A DNA stretch of 64,000 nt from assembly GCA_963735245.1 (NCBI GenBank), contig CAVTKI010000003.1, positions 78,794-142,793 of the forward strand, read 5' to 3'. This document shows, piece by piece, positions 32,251 through 42,466 of the stretch. The DNA is from an uncultured Actinomycetota bacterium. GTDB lineage: Bacteria > Actinomycetota > Actinomycetes > Mycobacteriales > Mycobacteriaceae. Made by a program: the position numbers and the translations under genes. Below the pieces are notes generated by a model. That model saw only the letters and a program-made list of their open reading frames with translations. It had not been told where the DNA came from and did no database searches. How positions within the stretch are numbered: the first letter of the stretch is position 1; each line of letters opens with the position of its first letter.

Positions 32251-33411
32251 ATGGAGCACACGAGCATTCTCAACGACGAAGAGACCATGCTGGTCGACAC
32301 CGTCCGGGCATTCGTCGACCGCGACGTCCGCCCGACGGTGCGCGAGGTCGAGCACGCCAACTCCTACCCCGAAGCGTGGATCGAGCAGATGAAGCGGATC
32401 GGGATCTTCGGGCTGGCCGTGCCCGAGGAGTACGGCGGCACACCCGTGTCCACCCGCTGCTACGTGCTGGTCACCCAGGAGCTGGCCCGCGGCTGGATGA
32501 GCCTGGCGGGCGCGATGGGCGGGCACACCGTCGTCGCGAAGCTGATCGGCCTGTTCGGCACCGAGGAACAGAAGCAGCGCTACCTGCCCGCGATGGCCAC
32601 CGGCGAGATGCGCGCGACCATGGCCCTGACCGAGCCCGGCGGCGGTTCCGATCTGCAGAACATCACCACCACGGCGCGGCCCGACGGCGACGACCTGGTG
32701 ATCAACGGCGCCAAGACGTGGATCACCAACGCCAGGCGTTCCGCCCTGATCGCCCTGCTGTGCAAGACCGATCCCGACGCGGAGCCCAAGCACCGGGGCA
32801 TCTCGGTGGTGCTCGTCCAACACGGCGAGGGGCTGACCGTGTCTCGCGATCTGCCCAAGCTCGGCTACAAGGGCGTCGAATCGTGCGAGCTCGCCTTCTC
32901 CGACTACCGGATACCTGCCTCGGCGATCCTCGGCGGCCAGCCCGGCAAGGGGTTCGGGCAGATGATGAAGGGGCTCGAGACCGGCCGCATCCAGGTGGCC
33001 TCCCGCGCGCTCGGGGTGGCGACGGCCGCGCTGGAGGATGCCCTGGCGTATGCGCAGGAGCGCGAGAGCTTCGGCCAGCCGATCTGGAAGCACCAGGCGA
33101 TCGGCCACTACCTGGCCGACATGGCCACCAAGCTCACCGCCGCGCGCCAGCTGACGCTCTACGCGGCCGACCGGTACGACAGCGGCGAGCGCGCCGACAT
33201 GGAGGCCGGGATGGCCAAGCTGTTCGCCTCCGAGGCGGCCATGGAGATCGCGCTGAACGCGGTGCGCATCCACGGCGGCTACGGCTACTCCACCGAGTAC
33301 GACGTCGAACGCTACTTCCGCGATGCGCCGCTGATGATCGTCGGCGAGGGCACCAACGAGATCCAACGCAACGTCATCGCCGCGCAGCTGGTTTCGCGCG
33401 GCGGCATCTGA
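32251..33411 (+). CDS. fadE3: Acyl-CoA dehydrogenase FadE3
   Basis: ALTEPGGGSDL, HGGYGYSTEY, IVGEGTNEIQR; synteny with Rv0215c. Confidence 0.85.
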   Translation: MEHTSILNDEETMLVDTVRAFVDRDVRPTVREVEHANSYPEAWIEQMKRIGIFGLAVPEEYGGTPVSTRCYVLVTQELARGWMSLAGAMGGHTVVAKLIGLFGTEEQKQRYLPAMATGEMRATMALTEPGGGSDLQNITTTARPDGDDLVINGAKTWITNARRSALIALLCKTDPDAEPKHRGISVVLVQHGEGLTVSRDLPKLGYKGVESCELAFSDYRIPASAILGGQPGKGFGQMMKGLETGRIQVASRALGVATAALEDALAYAQERESFGQPIWKHQAIGHYLADMATKLTAARQLTLYAADRYDSGERADMEAGMAKLFASEAAMEIALNAVRIHGGYGYSTEYDVERYFRDAPLMIVGEGTNEIQRNVIAAQLVSRGGI

Positions 33412-33415
33412 TGCC

Positions 33416-34145
33416 ATGAGGACCGCCCCCGCGTATCAGACACTGCGCCAACAACTTCGGGACGAGATCGCCGCCGGGCTGTACGGCGAGGGCACGCGGC
33501 TGCCCACCGAGTCCGAGCTCGTCGCCCGCCATCGCCTGTCCCGTCAGACCGTGCGAAGGGCGTTCCAGGACCTGGTCGCCGAGGGCGTGGTGTACCGGGT
33601 GCCCGGCCGCGGCACGTACGCCAGCGAGTCGGGCCGCCGCTACCTGCGCCAGCTGGGGTCGATCGAGGACCTGATGAGCCTGTCCGACGACACCACCATG
33701 GAGGTGCTGTCCGGGCTGCGTCGCCGCGTCGACGTCGACGCCGCCAGCCGGATGCGCCTGGTCGATGACGTCGTCTACACCGTGGTCTTCCGGCGCTGCC
33801 ACGACGGGGTGCCGTTCGTGCTGACCCGCGTGCACCTGCCCGAGCCGGTCGCCCGACTGGTGCTCGGCGCGCCCGAGATGGCCGACGGCGCGGTGAGCAC
33901 CAGCACCGTCATCGGGTCTGACCGAGCCGCATCTGAGCGAGCCGATCGTCGAAGCGGCGCAGTCGATCACGGTCGGGGCCGCCGATCGCGAGGTGGCCGA
34001 CGCCGTGGGTTGCGGTGTCGGGCATCCGATGCTGCGGGTGGACCGGCTGTACGCGGACGCTTCTGGAACGCCCGTCGAGTTGGCGCTCAGCCACTTCCTG
34101 CCCGAGCAGTACACGTACCGGGTGACGCTGCGCCGCTCCACCTAA
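33416..34145 (+). CDS. GntR/UTRA regulator, frameshift near 33920
   Basis: LPTESELVARHRLSRQTVRRA wHTH; C-terminal UTRA ending HFLPEQYTYRVTLRRST. Confidence 0.85.
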
Positions 34146-34148
34146 CGC

Positions 34149-34191
34149 GATTTGTGCACTCCGCCGCGGTGAGCGCGTTAGTGCACAAATC
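34149..34191. terminator. Inverted repeat between convergent genes
   Basis: GATTTGTGCACT ... AGTGCACAAATC 12-bp stem. Confidence 0.6.
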
Positions 34192-35130
34192 ACGGGGTGA
34201 GGGAGTCGACGAGGCCCCAGTCCAGCGCGGTCGACGGGTCGATGGTCTGCCCCGACAGCACCAGATAGGCGGTGCGCCAGCGACCGATCCGCCGGGTGAT
34301 GCTGACCGTCCCACCAGCGCCGGGGATCAGGCCGAGCGCCAGTTCGGGCAGCCCGAGTGTGGCGTCGGGCCGGCAGGTCACGTGTCCGCAGAAGGCCGCC
34401 ATCTCCAGTCCGCTGCCCAGCACCTGACCGTGAACCTCGGCGCGGCAGGCCGGACCCAGCCGCGCGGTGATCTCGTCGAGTACCAACGCCGGGCTGTGCC
34501 GGGTGCGGGCCAGATGCGCACTCGCCGGATCGGCGAAGGTGCCGAACTCTGCGAGATCGCCTCCGCTACAGAAGGAGTCACCGTTGCCCGTGAGCACCAT
34601 CCGGGTGACGCCCGGATCGAGCCGGGCCACCTCGAGCACCTCGAGCAGCGCCGCCCGCGCATCGGTGGAGAACGCGTTGTGGCGGCTCCGGCCGGTTGAA
34701 CCGCACACGCAGTTCATCGCCATCCCGTTCCGCCTCAACGGGATCGGGGATCTCGGGCACGCGTTGCGGGGCCCCGTTCGGCCAGCCACCTGGCGAACTC
34801 GGGGCCGGCCTGCAGCGTCGAGTAGGCCAACGACTCGGTGATCACCCCCGCGAATGCGGGGGCGGCGACGTCCACCGCGCGCAGCACGTCGTCGCACACC
34901 GCCGCCGCCTGCGGCCACGTCTCGATTCGCTCGCGCAGTTCGGCCACGGCGGCCGTCGTCGACGGCACGCGCACCGCGCGCCGGTCCGCGCAGACCTTCT
35001 CGGTGAGCGTGAAAGTCGCTCGCTGAAGCCAGTATTCGGCGCCGTCGGCACCGAGGTCCCCGGTGGCGATCACGATGCCGGGCGGCACAGGACCCGCCGG
35101 GTCCGCCAGGTCGACGACGTGAAGGGTCAT
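34190..35130 (-). CDS. Enoyl-CoA hydratase/isomerase family protein, frameshifted
   Basis: ESLAYSTLQAGPEF, FCSGGDL, GSGLE, LPELALGLIPGAGGT. Confidence 0.85.
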
Positions 35131-35134
35131 CGCG

Positions 35135-36661
35135 TCAGCCGACCGGTTGGGAGTACTTCTCGATCAGGGTCTGCTTGTAGAGCTTGCCGGTGTCGGTGCG
35201 GGGTAGCTGGGTCTCGAACGAGATGGTTCGCGGACACTTGTAGTGCGCCAGTCGTTCCCGGAGCCAGGCCAGCAGCTCGTCGGCGAATGCGTCGGTGGCG
35301 TCGGCGGGGTCGACGGTCTGCACCACACCCTTGACGCTCTGGCCCATCTCCTCGTCGGGGACACCGAAGACCGCGGCGTCCATCACCTTCGGATGGGTGA
35401 CGAGCATGTTCTCGGCCTCTTGCGGGTAGATGTTCACGCCGCCGGAGATGATCATGTGATGGCGCCGATCGGTGAGGTACAGGAAACCCTCTTCGTCGAG
35501 ATAGCCGATGTCACCGACGGTCATCCACCCGCGGGAATCCCTGGATGACGCCGTCTTCTCCGGGTCGTTGAGGTACTCGAACGAGCGGCCACCCTCGAAG
35601 TAGATCTCGCCGGCCTGCCCCGGTGGCAACTCGTTGCCCTCTTCGTCGACGATGTGCACCCCGCCCGTCATCGCCCTACCGACCGAGCCGGGATGCGCGA
35701 GCCACTCCTCGGCGCTGATCAGCGTCGACCCGTGGGCCTCGGACGAGGCGTAGTACTCGTCGACGATCGGGCCCCACCAGTCGATCATCTGCTTCTTGAT
35801 CTCGACCGGGCACGGCGCGGCCGCGTGGATGACGCGTTCCAGGCTGGACACGTCGTACGAAGTACGGACGTCCTCGGGAAGTTTCAGCATCCGGGTGAAC
35901 ATCGCGGGGACGAACTGCCCGTGCGTGACGTGGTGGCGCGCGATGGCGTCCAGGCAACCCTCGGCGTCGAACTTCTCCATGACGACCGTCGTGACGCCTG
36001 CGGCCTGCACGTTCATCGACCACACCGACGGCGCGGTGTGGTACAGCGGCGCCGGGCTCAGGTAGATCGCATCGGGGTGCATCCAGAACCCGACCAGCCC
36101 CGACATCATTCCGGGAGCCTCGGCCGGCGGGACGTGCGGCAGTGCCCGTTTGATGCCCTTCGGGCGGCCCGTGGTGCCCGACGAGTACTGCAGCAGGTCG
36201 CCCTCCCACTCGTCCTCGATGGGGGTATCGGGTTGGTCGGCAACCGCTTCCGGGTAGCGCTCCCAGCCGTCCAGGTCGTCGTCGGCGATCAACAGAACGT
36301 CCGGAAGACCCGACGGCAGATGGTCTGCCAGCTTCTCGCACGTGTTGCGCAGCGCCGCGGAGCCGATGATCGCCGAGGCGCCGCTGTTGTCGATGATGTA
36401 CGCGGCCTCGGCAGAGGTCAGGTGCGTGTTGATCGGTACGTAGTAGAGCCCGCTGCGCCGCGCCGCCCACATCACCGTGTGCACGTGCTCGTTGTTCTCC
36501 ATCAGGATCGCGACCACGTCGCCCTCCCGCAGGCCCCGCGCGCGGAAGTAATGGGCCAGGCGGTTGGCCCTGGCTTCCAGGTCGTCGAAGGTGACGACGG
36601 TGCCCTTCGGGTACAGGACGATGGCCGGTTTACCGGTGCCCACGTGGTCGCGGATCTGCAT
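35135..36661 (-). CDS. fadD4: Fatty-acid-CoA ligase FadD4
   Basis: YSSGTTGRPKG, EYYASSE, TVGDIG, IISGGVNIYP, TGKLYK; synteny with Rv0214. Confidence 0.9.
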   Translation of the reverse strand: MQIRDHVGTGKPAIVLYPKGTVVTFDDLEARANRLAHYFRARGLREGDVVAILMENNEHVHTVMWAARRSGLYYVPINTHLTSAEAAYIIDNSGASAIIGSAALRNTCEKLADHLPSGLPDVLLIADDDLDGWERYPEAVADQPDTPIEDEWEGDLLQYSSGTTGRPKGIKRALPHVPPAEAPGMMSGLVGFWMHPDAIYLSPAPLYHTAPSVWSMNVQAAGVTTVVMEKFDAEGCLDAIARHHVTHGQFVPAMFTRMLKLPEDVRTSYDVSSLERVIHAAAPCPVEIKKQMIDWWGPIVDEYYASSEAHGSTLISAEEWLAHPGSVGRAMTGGVHIVDEEGNELPPGQAGEIYFEGGRSFEYLNDPEKTASSRDSRGWMTVGDIGYLDEEGFLYLTDRRHHMIISGGVNIYPQEAENMLVTHPKVMDAAVFGVPDEEMGQSVKGVVQTVDPADATDAFADELLAWLRERLAHYKCPRTISFETQLPRTDTGKLYKQTLIEKYSQPVG

Positions 36662-36686
36662 GTTCTGCACTTTACGGGCGCTCGAC

Positions 36687-36700
36687 TTGACGGGTGTCAA
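36687..36700. promoter_or_regulatory. TTGAC-N4-GTCAA palindrome upstream of fadD4
   Basis: TTGACgggtGTCAA; second copy at 36997-37010. Confidence 0.45.
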
Positions 36701-36996
36701 CAGGGTGGGACGGGCGCCATGGCCGAGTTCGACACATCGTTCATGGTGCAGGCGCCACTGCTGGCACCGAACCGGCGTCCGGATCGTCGACCGGCTCCGC
36801 GACCGGCACGTCGGCGACCGACGTGGACGACCTCGTCGATCGTGCCAATCTGCGTGCCGGGCATCGACGGCCCTCGCATGGCCTCTCGATCATGCCGATC
36901 ATCCTCGACGTAGGCACCAGCGCACCCGCGTCGACAGTCTGCAGCCGCACGCCGCCTGACTCACCGACGACGCCCGTCCGGCTTCAACCGCGGTGG

Positions 36997-37010
36997 TTGA
37001 CAGGCGTCAA
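36997..37010. promoter_or_regulatory. TTGAC-N4-GTCAA palindrome upstream of the cyclase array
   Basis: TTGACaggcGTCAA about 100 bp before the first cyclase ATG. Confidence 0.45.
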
Positions 37011-37108
37011 ACCGCCTCGTTCGCGCGACCGCGAAACTGATCTTGTGGTGACTGTCCAGGCCATACGATGTGACGGCCGGGGAAATTCCGGGAGTGCGGG
37101 GGTGCTCC

Positions 37109-39804
37109 ATGAGCGTGCGAGCAGGCGGCCCTGTCAGGCCGTCGGGCGTCGTCACGTTCCTGTTCACCGACATCGAGGGATCGACGCGGCGATGGGAGAG
37201 CCGACGCCGACGTCATGGGCGGGGCGCTCGATGCGCACGACGCGACGCTGCGCGAGGCCATCGAGAGCCACCGGGGCTGGTTGTTCAAGCACACCGGCGA
37301 CGGGGTGTGCGCGGTGTTCTCGTCGCCACGTTCCGCAGTGCGACGCCGCGGTGGCAGCGCAACGCGCACTGGAGTTGCCGGTGCGCATGGGCATCGCCAC
37401 CGGCGAAGCCGAACTGCGTGGCGACGACTACTTCGGCGCCGTGCTCAATCGGGCCGCACGCGTGATGGCCTGCGGTCACGGTGGCCAGATCCTGCTCGAC
37501 GGCCAGACCGCTGGGCTTGTTTCGGCGTGACGAACTGGTCTGCCTCGGCTCCAAGCAGTTGCGCGACATCACCAACGCCGATCGAGATCTTTCAGGTCCG
37601 CGCCCCCGGGCTGAACATGCAGTTTCCTCCGCTGAAGACGTCGATCCCACACCGGGCAACCTGCGCCCACGCACCACCAGCGTTCGTCGGTCGCGAATCG
37701 GAACTAACCGAACTCGAGGCGACACTGCGCGAGCACCGCCTGGTCACGTTGACCGGCGACGGGTGGGGTGGGCAAGACGCGGCTCGCCTTGGAGGTCGCC
37801 GGACGGTTGGCCCCCGATTTCGCCGACGGGGTGTGGGTGATCGAGCTCGCCGCGGTCGGCGACCCGGCTGCGGTGCCCGAAGCCGTGGCCGCCATCTTCG
37901 GAATCACCCAGCAGCCGGGGATGTCCGTAACGCGAAAGCGTGGCGGCCGCTCTGGACGGCCGCTCGCGACTGCTGGTGTTCGACAACTGCGAGCACGTCC
38001 TCGATGCCGCCGCCGAGATGATCGAGGCGATCCTCACCCGGTCGTCGACGGTGCGGATTCTGGCGACCAGCCGTGAGGGCTCTGCGGGCGGCCGACGAAC
38101 AGCTGTGGCCGGTGCCGTCGCTGCGAGACCGGCCGCCGAGTCGCCGGCCACCCGACTCTTCGTGGAGCGCTCTCACGCGCGTGGCGCCGCACATCTCGCT
38201 GACGACGGGCACGGACGAGCCGACCGTCGTCGAGATCTGCCGCCGCCTCGACGGAATTCCCGCTGGCGATCGAGCTGGCCGCATCCCGAATGCAATCGAT
38301 GACCGTTACGGAGGTCCGCGACCGGCTCGACGACCGGTTCCGGCTGCTGGTCGGATCGCGGCGTGGGCTGGAGCGTCACCAGACCCTGCGCCACGCGGTG
38401 CAGTGGTCCTACGACCTGCTCGACGACACCGAGAAGTCGCTGCTGGCCAGGTGTTCGGTGTTCGCCGGCGGCTTCGACCTCGGTGGTGCGCGTGCGGTCG
38501 CCGATGTCGACGACGAGTTCGCCACCCTGGACCTACTCGGTGCCCTGGTCCGCAAGTCGCTGCTGATCGCCGATCAATCCTCGGCCAGGACGCGGTACTC
38601 GATGCTGGAGACGATTCGGCAGTTCGCCGAAGAGCAGCTGGTGGCTCGACGGCGACGCCGAGAATGCGCGGGCTGCGCACTCCCGCTACTTCGCAGGCCG
38701 GGAAGCCGACCTGCTGGAGCTGTGGGACGGCCCGCGGCAACGCGAGTCCTATGAGTGGTTCAACCTCGAGTTGGCGAACCTGCGGGCAGGCATTTCGGTG
38801 GGCCGCCGACCACGGTGACCTCGACGCCGCGGCCGCAATCGCCTTCTACGCGGCCTTCCTCGGAGCTGTGGCTCGAACAGCACGAACCGATCGCCTGGGC
38901 TGAGGAGCTCATCGGACCTGCGCGTGCCGTCGAGCACCGGCGGCTGGCGCAGCTCTACGTGATGGCCGCGCACTGCTACGCGGCCGGACGGCATGGACGA
39001 CGCCGCGACATACAGCGACGCGCAGCGCGAAGCGCGATCGAAGACGGCCGCTTCGACGCGGTTCCATACGAGCTTCGAATCGAGTCTCGGCGGCGGGGCA
39101 ACGGTCATGCGTCGTCCAGGCCGAGCAGTGGATCGAGATATGCCGCAACGTGATCGGGCGGGACACGGGCCCTCACACCTACTCCCGGTCATCGCCTGGT
39201 GCTCGGCGTTGACGCTCTTCGGCGCGAACGGACGAGGCGGTTGCCGAGGCGCAACTGCTGCTCGCCGAGGCCGAGGCAACCGACAATCCCCAGCTGCAGT
39301 CCTACGCGCTCGCCGCGTACGGCATCGCCAACCGCGACGCCGATCCCGCCGCAGCATTGGACGTCCAGCGTCGAGGCCTCGCCATCGCTCAGGACAGCGG
39401 CAACAGGCAGATCGAACACATCCATGCGGTCAGCCTGGCGAGGCTTTCGGCCATCCACGCCGAGCGACCCCGTGGAGGCGCTCGACTTCCTGACCCTGGC
39501 GATCCGCATCCGGCACGACTCGGGCAGCTTCTCGCTCCTGCATCGCCCCGCTGGCGATCCTCAGCACACTCCTCGACCGACTCGCGGCACTACGAAGCCG
39601 CCGCCGTCATAAGCGGATTCGCGGTCACGCCGCTCACCCACGTGTTCTACCCCGAGACGACCGCGGCGATCACCCACCTGCGCGAGGTGCTCGGCGCCGA
39701 CGCATACGAATCGTTGGCGCGCACCGGCCGGAACATGACCAACGCAGCCATGGTGACGTACGCCTTCGAGCAGATCGACCGCGCACGGGCGGAACTCTCG
39801 ATGA
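37109..39804 (+). CDS. Class III adenylate cyclase - STAND/NB-ARC ATPase - helical repeat protein, copy 1 (frameshifted)
   Basis: TFLFTDIEGST, FKHTGDG, DYFGAVLNRAAR; G.GKTRLA, VFDNCEH, ATSRE, ICRRLDG.P, ERHQTLR, RYSMLETIRQF. Confidence 0.85.
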
Positions 39805-42466
39805 ACGCGCCGTCGGGGATCGTGACGTTCCTGTTCACCGACATCGAGGGTTCGACGCGGCGGTGGGAGGCCGACGCCGGAGGCGATGCGGGTCGCGCTC
39901 GAAGCGCACGACGAGGTGCTGCGCGAGGCGATAACCGGTTGTGGCGGTGCGTTGTTCAAGCACACCGGCGACGGGGTGTGCGCCGCGTTCTCGTCGCCGC
40001 GGGCTGCCGTCGATGCGGCGGTGGCCGCGCAGCTGGCTCTGGAGCTGCCGGTGCGGATGGGCATCGCCACCGGCGAGGCCGAGCTGCGCGACGGCGACTA
40101 CTTCGGCGCGGTGCTCAACCGCGCCGCGCGGGTGATGTCGGCCGGCCACGGCGGCCAGATCCTGCTCGACGGCGCAGACGGCGGGTCTTCTCCACGGCAT
40201 CGACCTAGTCGCGCTGGGGCCCAAGCGGTTACGCGATCTGACTCAACCCGTCGACGTGTTCCAGGTCCGTGCGCCGGGACTGCGAGCCGACTTCCCGCCG
40301 CTGAGGACCATCGATCGCACACCGGGCAACCTGCGGCCGCCGACCACCAGCTTCGTCGGGCGTGAGGCCGAGCTCGCCGAGGTGCAGGCGGCGCTCGAAG
40401 GCACACCGGTTGGTGACGCTGACCGGTGTCGGCGGGGTCGGCAAGACCCGACTGGCCTTGGAGGCTGCCGCGCGGATCGACAGCGGACTTCCCGGACGGC
40501 GTGTGGGTGATCGAGCTGGCCCCGATCGCCGATCCGGCCGCGGTGCCCGAGGCGGTGGCCGCGGCGCTGGGGATCACCCAGCAGCCGGGGATGACCGTGG
40601 CCGAGAGCGTGGCCGCCGCATTGGAGGGCCGCTCGCGACTGCTGGTGTTCGACAACTGCGAACACGTGGTCGACGCGGCCGCCGAGCATGGCCGAGGCGA
40701 TCCTGAGCCGATCCCGCAACGGTGAAGATCCTGGCCACCAGCCGGGAAGGGCTGCGGGTGGCCGACGAGCAACTCGTCGGCCGTGCCCTCAATGGATCTC
40801 GAACGGCGGCATCGACTCGACCGCAGCCACCTTGTTTCTCGAGCGCGCGCGCGGCGGTGTCGGCGGGCATCGCGCTGACCGGGACCGACGATGCGGACGC
40901 CGTGGTGGAGATCTGCCGGCGCCTCGACGGAATTCCCGTTGGCGATCGAACTGGCCGCGTCGCGCATGCAGTCGATGACCGTCGCCGAGGTGCGCGACCG
41001 GCTCGACGACCGGTTCCGACTGCTGGTCGGATCTCGGCGCGGCCTGGAGCGTCACCAAACCCTGCGCCACGCGGTGCAGTGGTCCTACGACCTGCTCGAC
41101 GATGCCGAAAAGAGCCTGCTGGCAAGGTGTTCGGTGTTCGCCGGCGGCTTCGACCTGGCCGGCGCTGCGCGGTCGGCGGATTCCGCCGACGAGTTCGCCA
41201 CGCTGGATCTGCTCGACGCGTTGGTCCGCAAGTCACTTCTGGTCGCCGACCGCTCGTCGGGGCGAACCCGATTCTCGATGCTGGAGACGATCCGGCAGTT
41301 CGCCGAAGAGCAACTCGTCAGCAACGTGGTCGGACCGACGATGCCCGCACCGCACACGCCCGCTACTTCGCCGGACGCGAAGCCGACGTGCTCGCACTGT
41401 GGGACAGCCCGCGCCAACGCGACGCCTACACGTGGTTCGAGGCCGAGCTGGCCAACCTGCGCACCGCATTCCGGTGGGCCGCCGACCACGACGACCTCGA
41501 CACCGCGGCGGCGATCGCCGTCTACGCGGCATTCCTCGGCACCTGGGTCGAGCAGCGCGAACCCGTCAGGTGGGCCGAGGAACTCATCGAACGCGCCAAG
41601 GCCGCCGACCATCCACGGCTGGCACAGCTCTATGTGATGGCCGCGCATGTGCTTTCCAGACGGACGGATCGAGGACGCCCTCGCCTACGCCGACGCGGCC
41701 AGGCAAGCCATCGACAGCGGACGATTCGACGAGGTTCCATACGAGTTCGAAGCTTGCACTGAACGGCGCGTACTTCACCAACGGTCAGCCCCAGACGGTG
41801 CGGTCGACTTGTGCCGCAACATGCTCGAACACGGTGCGGGCCCTGCGAACTTGGACCCGGTCATGCCTCGTCTTCGCCCTGACCATCGCCGGCTCGCGCG
41901 ACGAGGCGATCGCGGCATCAGAGCCCCTGCTCACTGCCGAGCGACCGACAACCCCGGCATGAAATCGTGGCGCTGCTGGCCTACGGCTTCGCCCACAGTG
42001 ACACCGATCCCGACGCTCGCGTACGAGGTGCAACGGCGAGGCTTGGCGATCGCGCGAGACAGCGGCAACCGTCAGGCCGTCACCCTTCACGCCGATCAAC
42101 CTGTCGCGGCTTGCCTCGACGCACGGCGAACCCGCTGACGCGTTCGACTATCTGACGTCTGGCGATCCGCCACCACTACGACTCAGGCAGCTTCTCCCTC
42201 ATGCGCAGCCCGCTGGCCATCCTCGCCGCCTTCTTCGACCGGCTCGGATACTATCGAGCCGGCCGCCACCATCAGCGGGTTCGCCGCCGACCCCTTCACG
42301 TTGGTGGCGTACCCCGAGATCAACACGGCGATCACGCATCTGCGCGACGTGCTCGGCGACGACGGCCTACGAATCGCTCGCCCGCGCCGGCGCGGACATG
42401 ACGAATGCCGCCATGGCGACCTACGCGCTCGAGCAGATCGACCGGGCCCGCGCGGAGCTCCCGTGA
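39801..42466 (+). CDS. Class III adenylate cyclase - STAND ATPase - helical repeat protein, copy 2 (frameshifted)
   Basis: Same motif set as copy 1; ends RARAELP* with its stop overlapping the GTG of copy 3. Confidence 0.85.

Noticed and set aside
36719-36960. Small ORF starting MAEFDTSFMVQAP
   Set aside because: Frame cannot be reconstructed confidently and no motif was recognised
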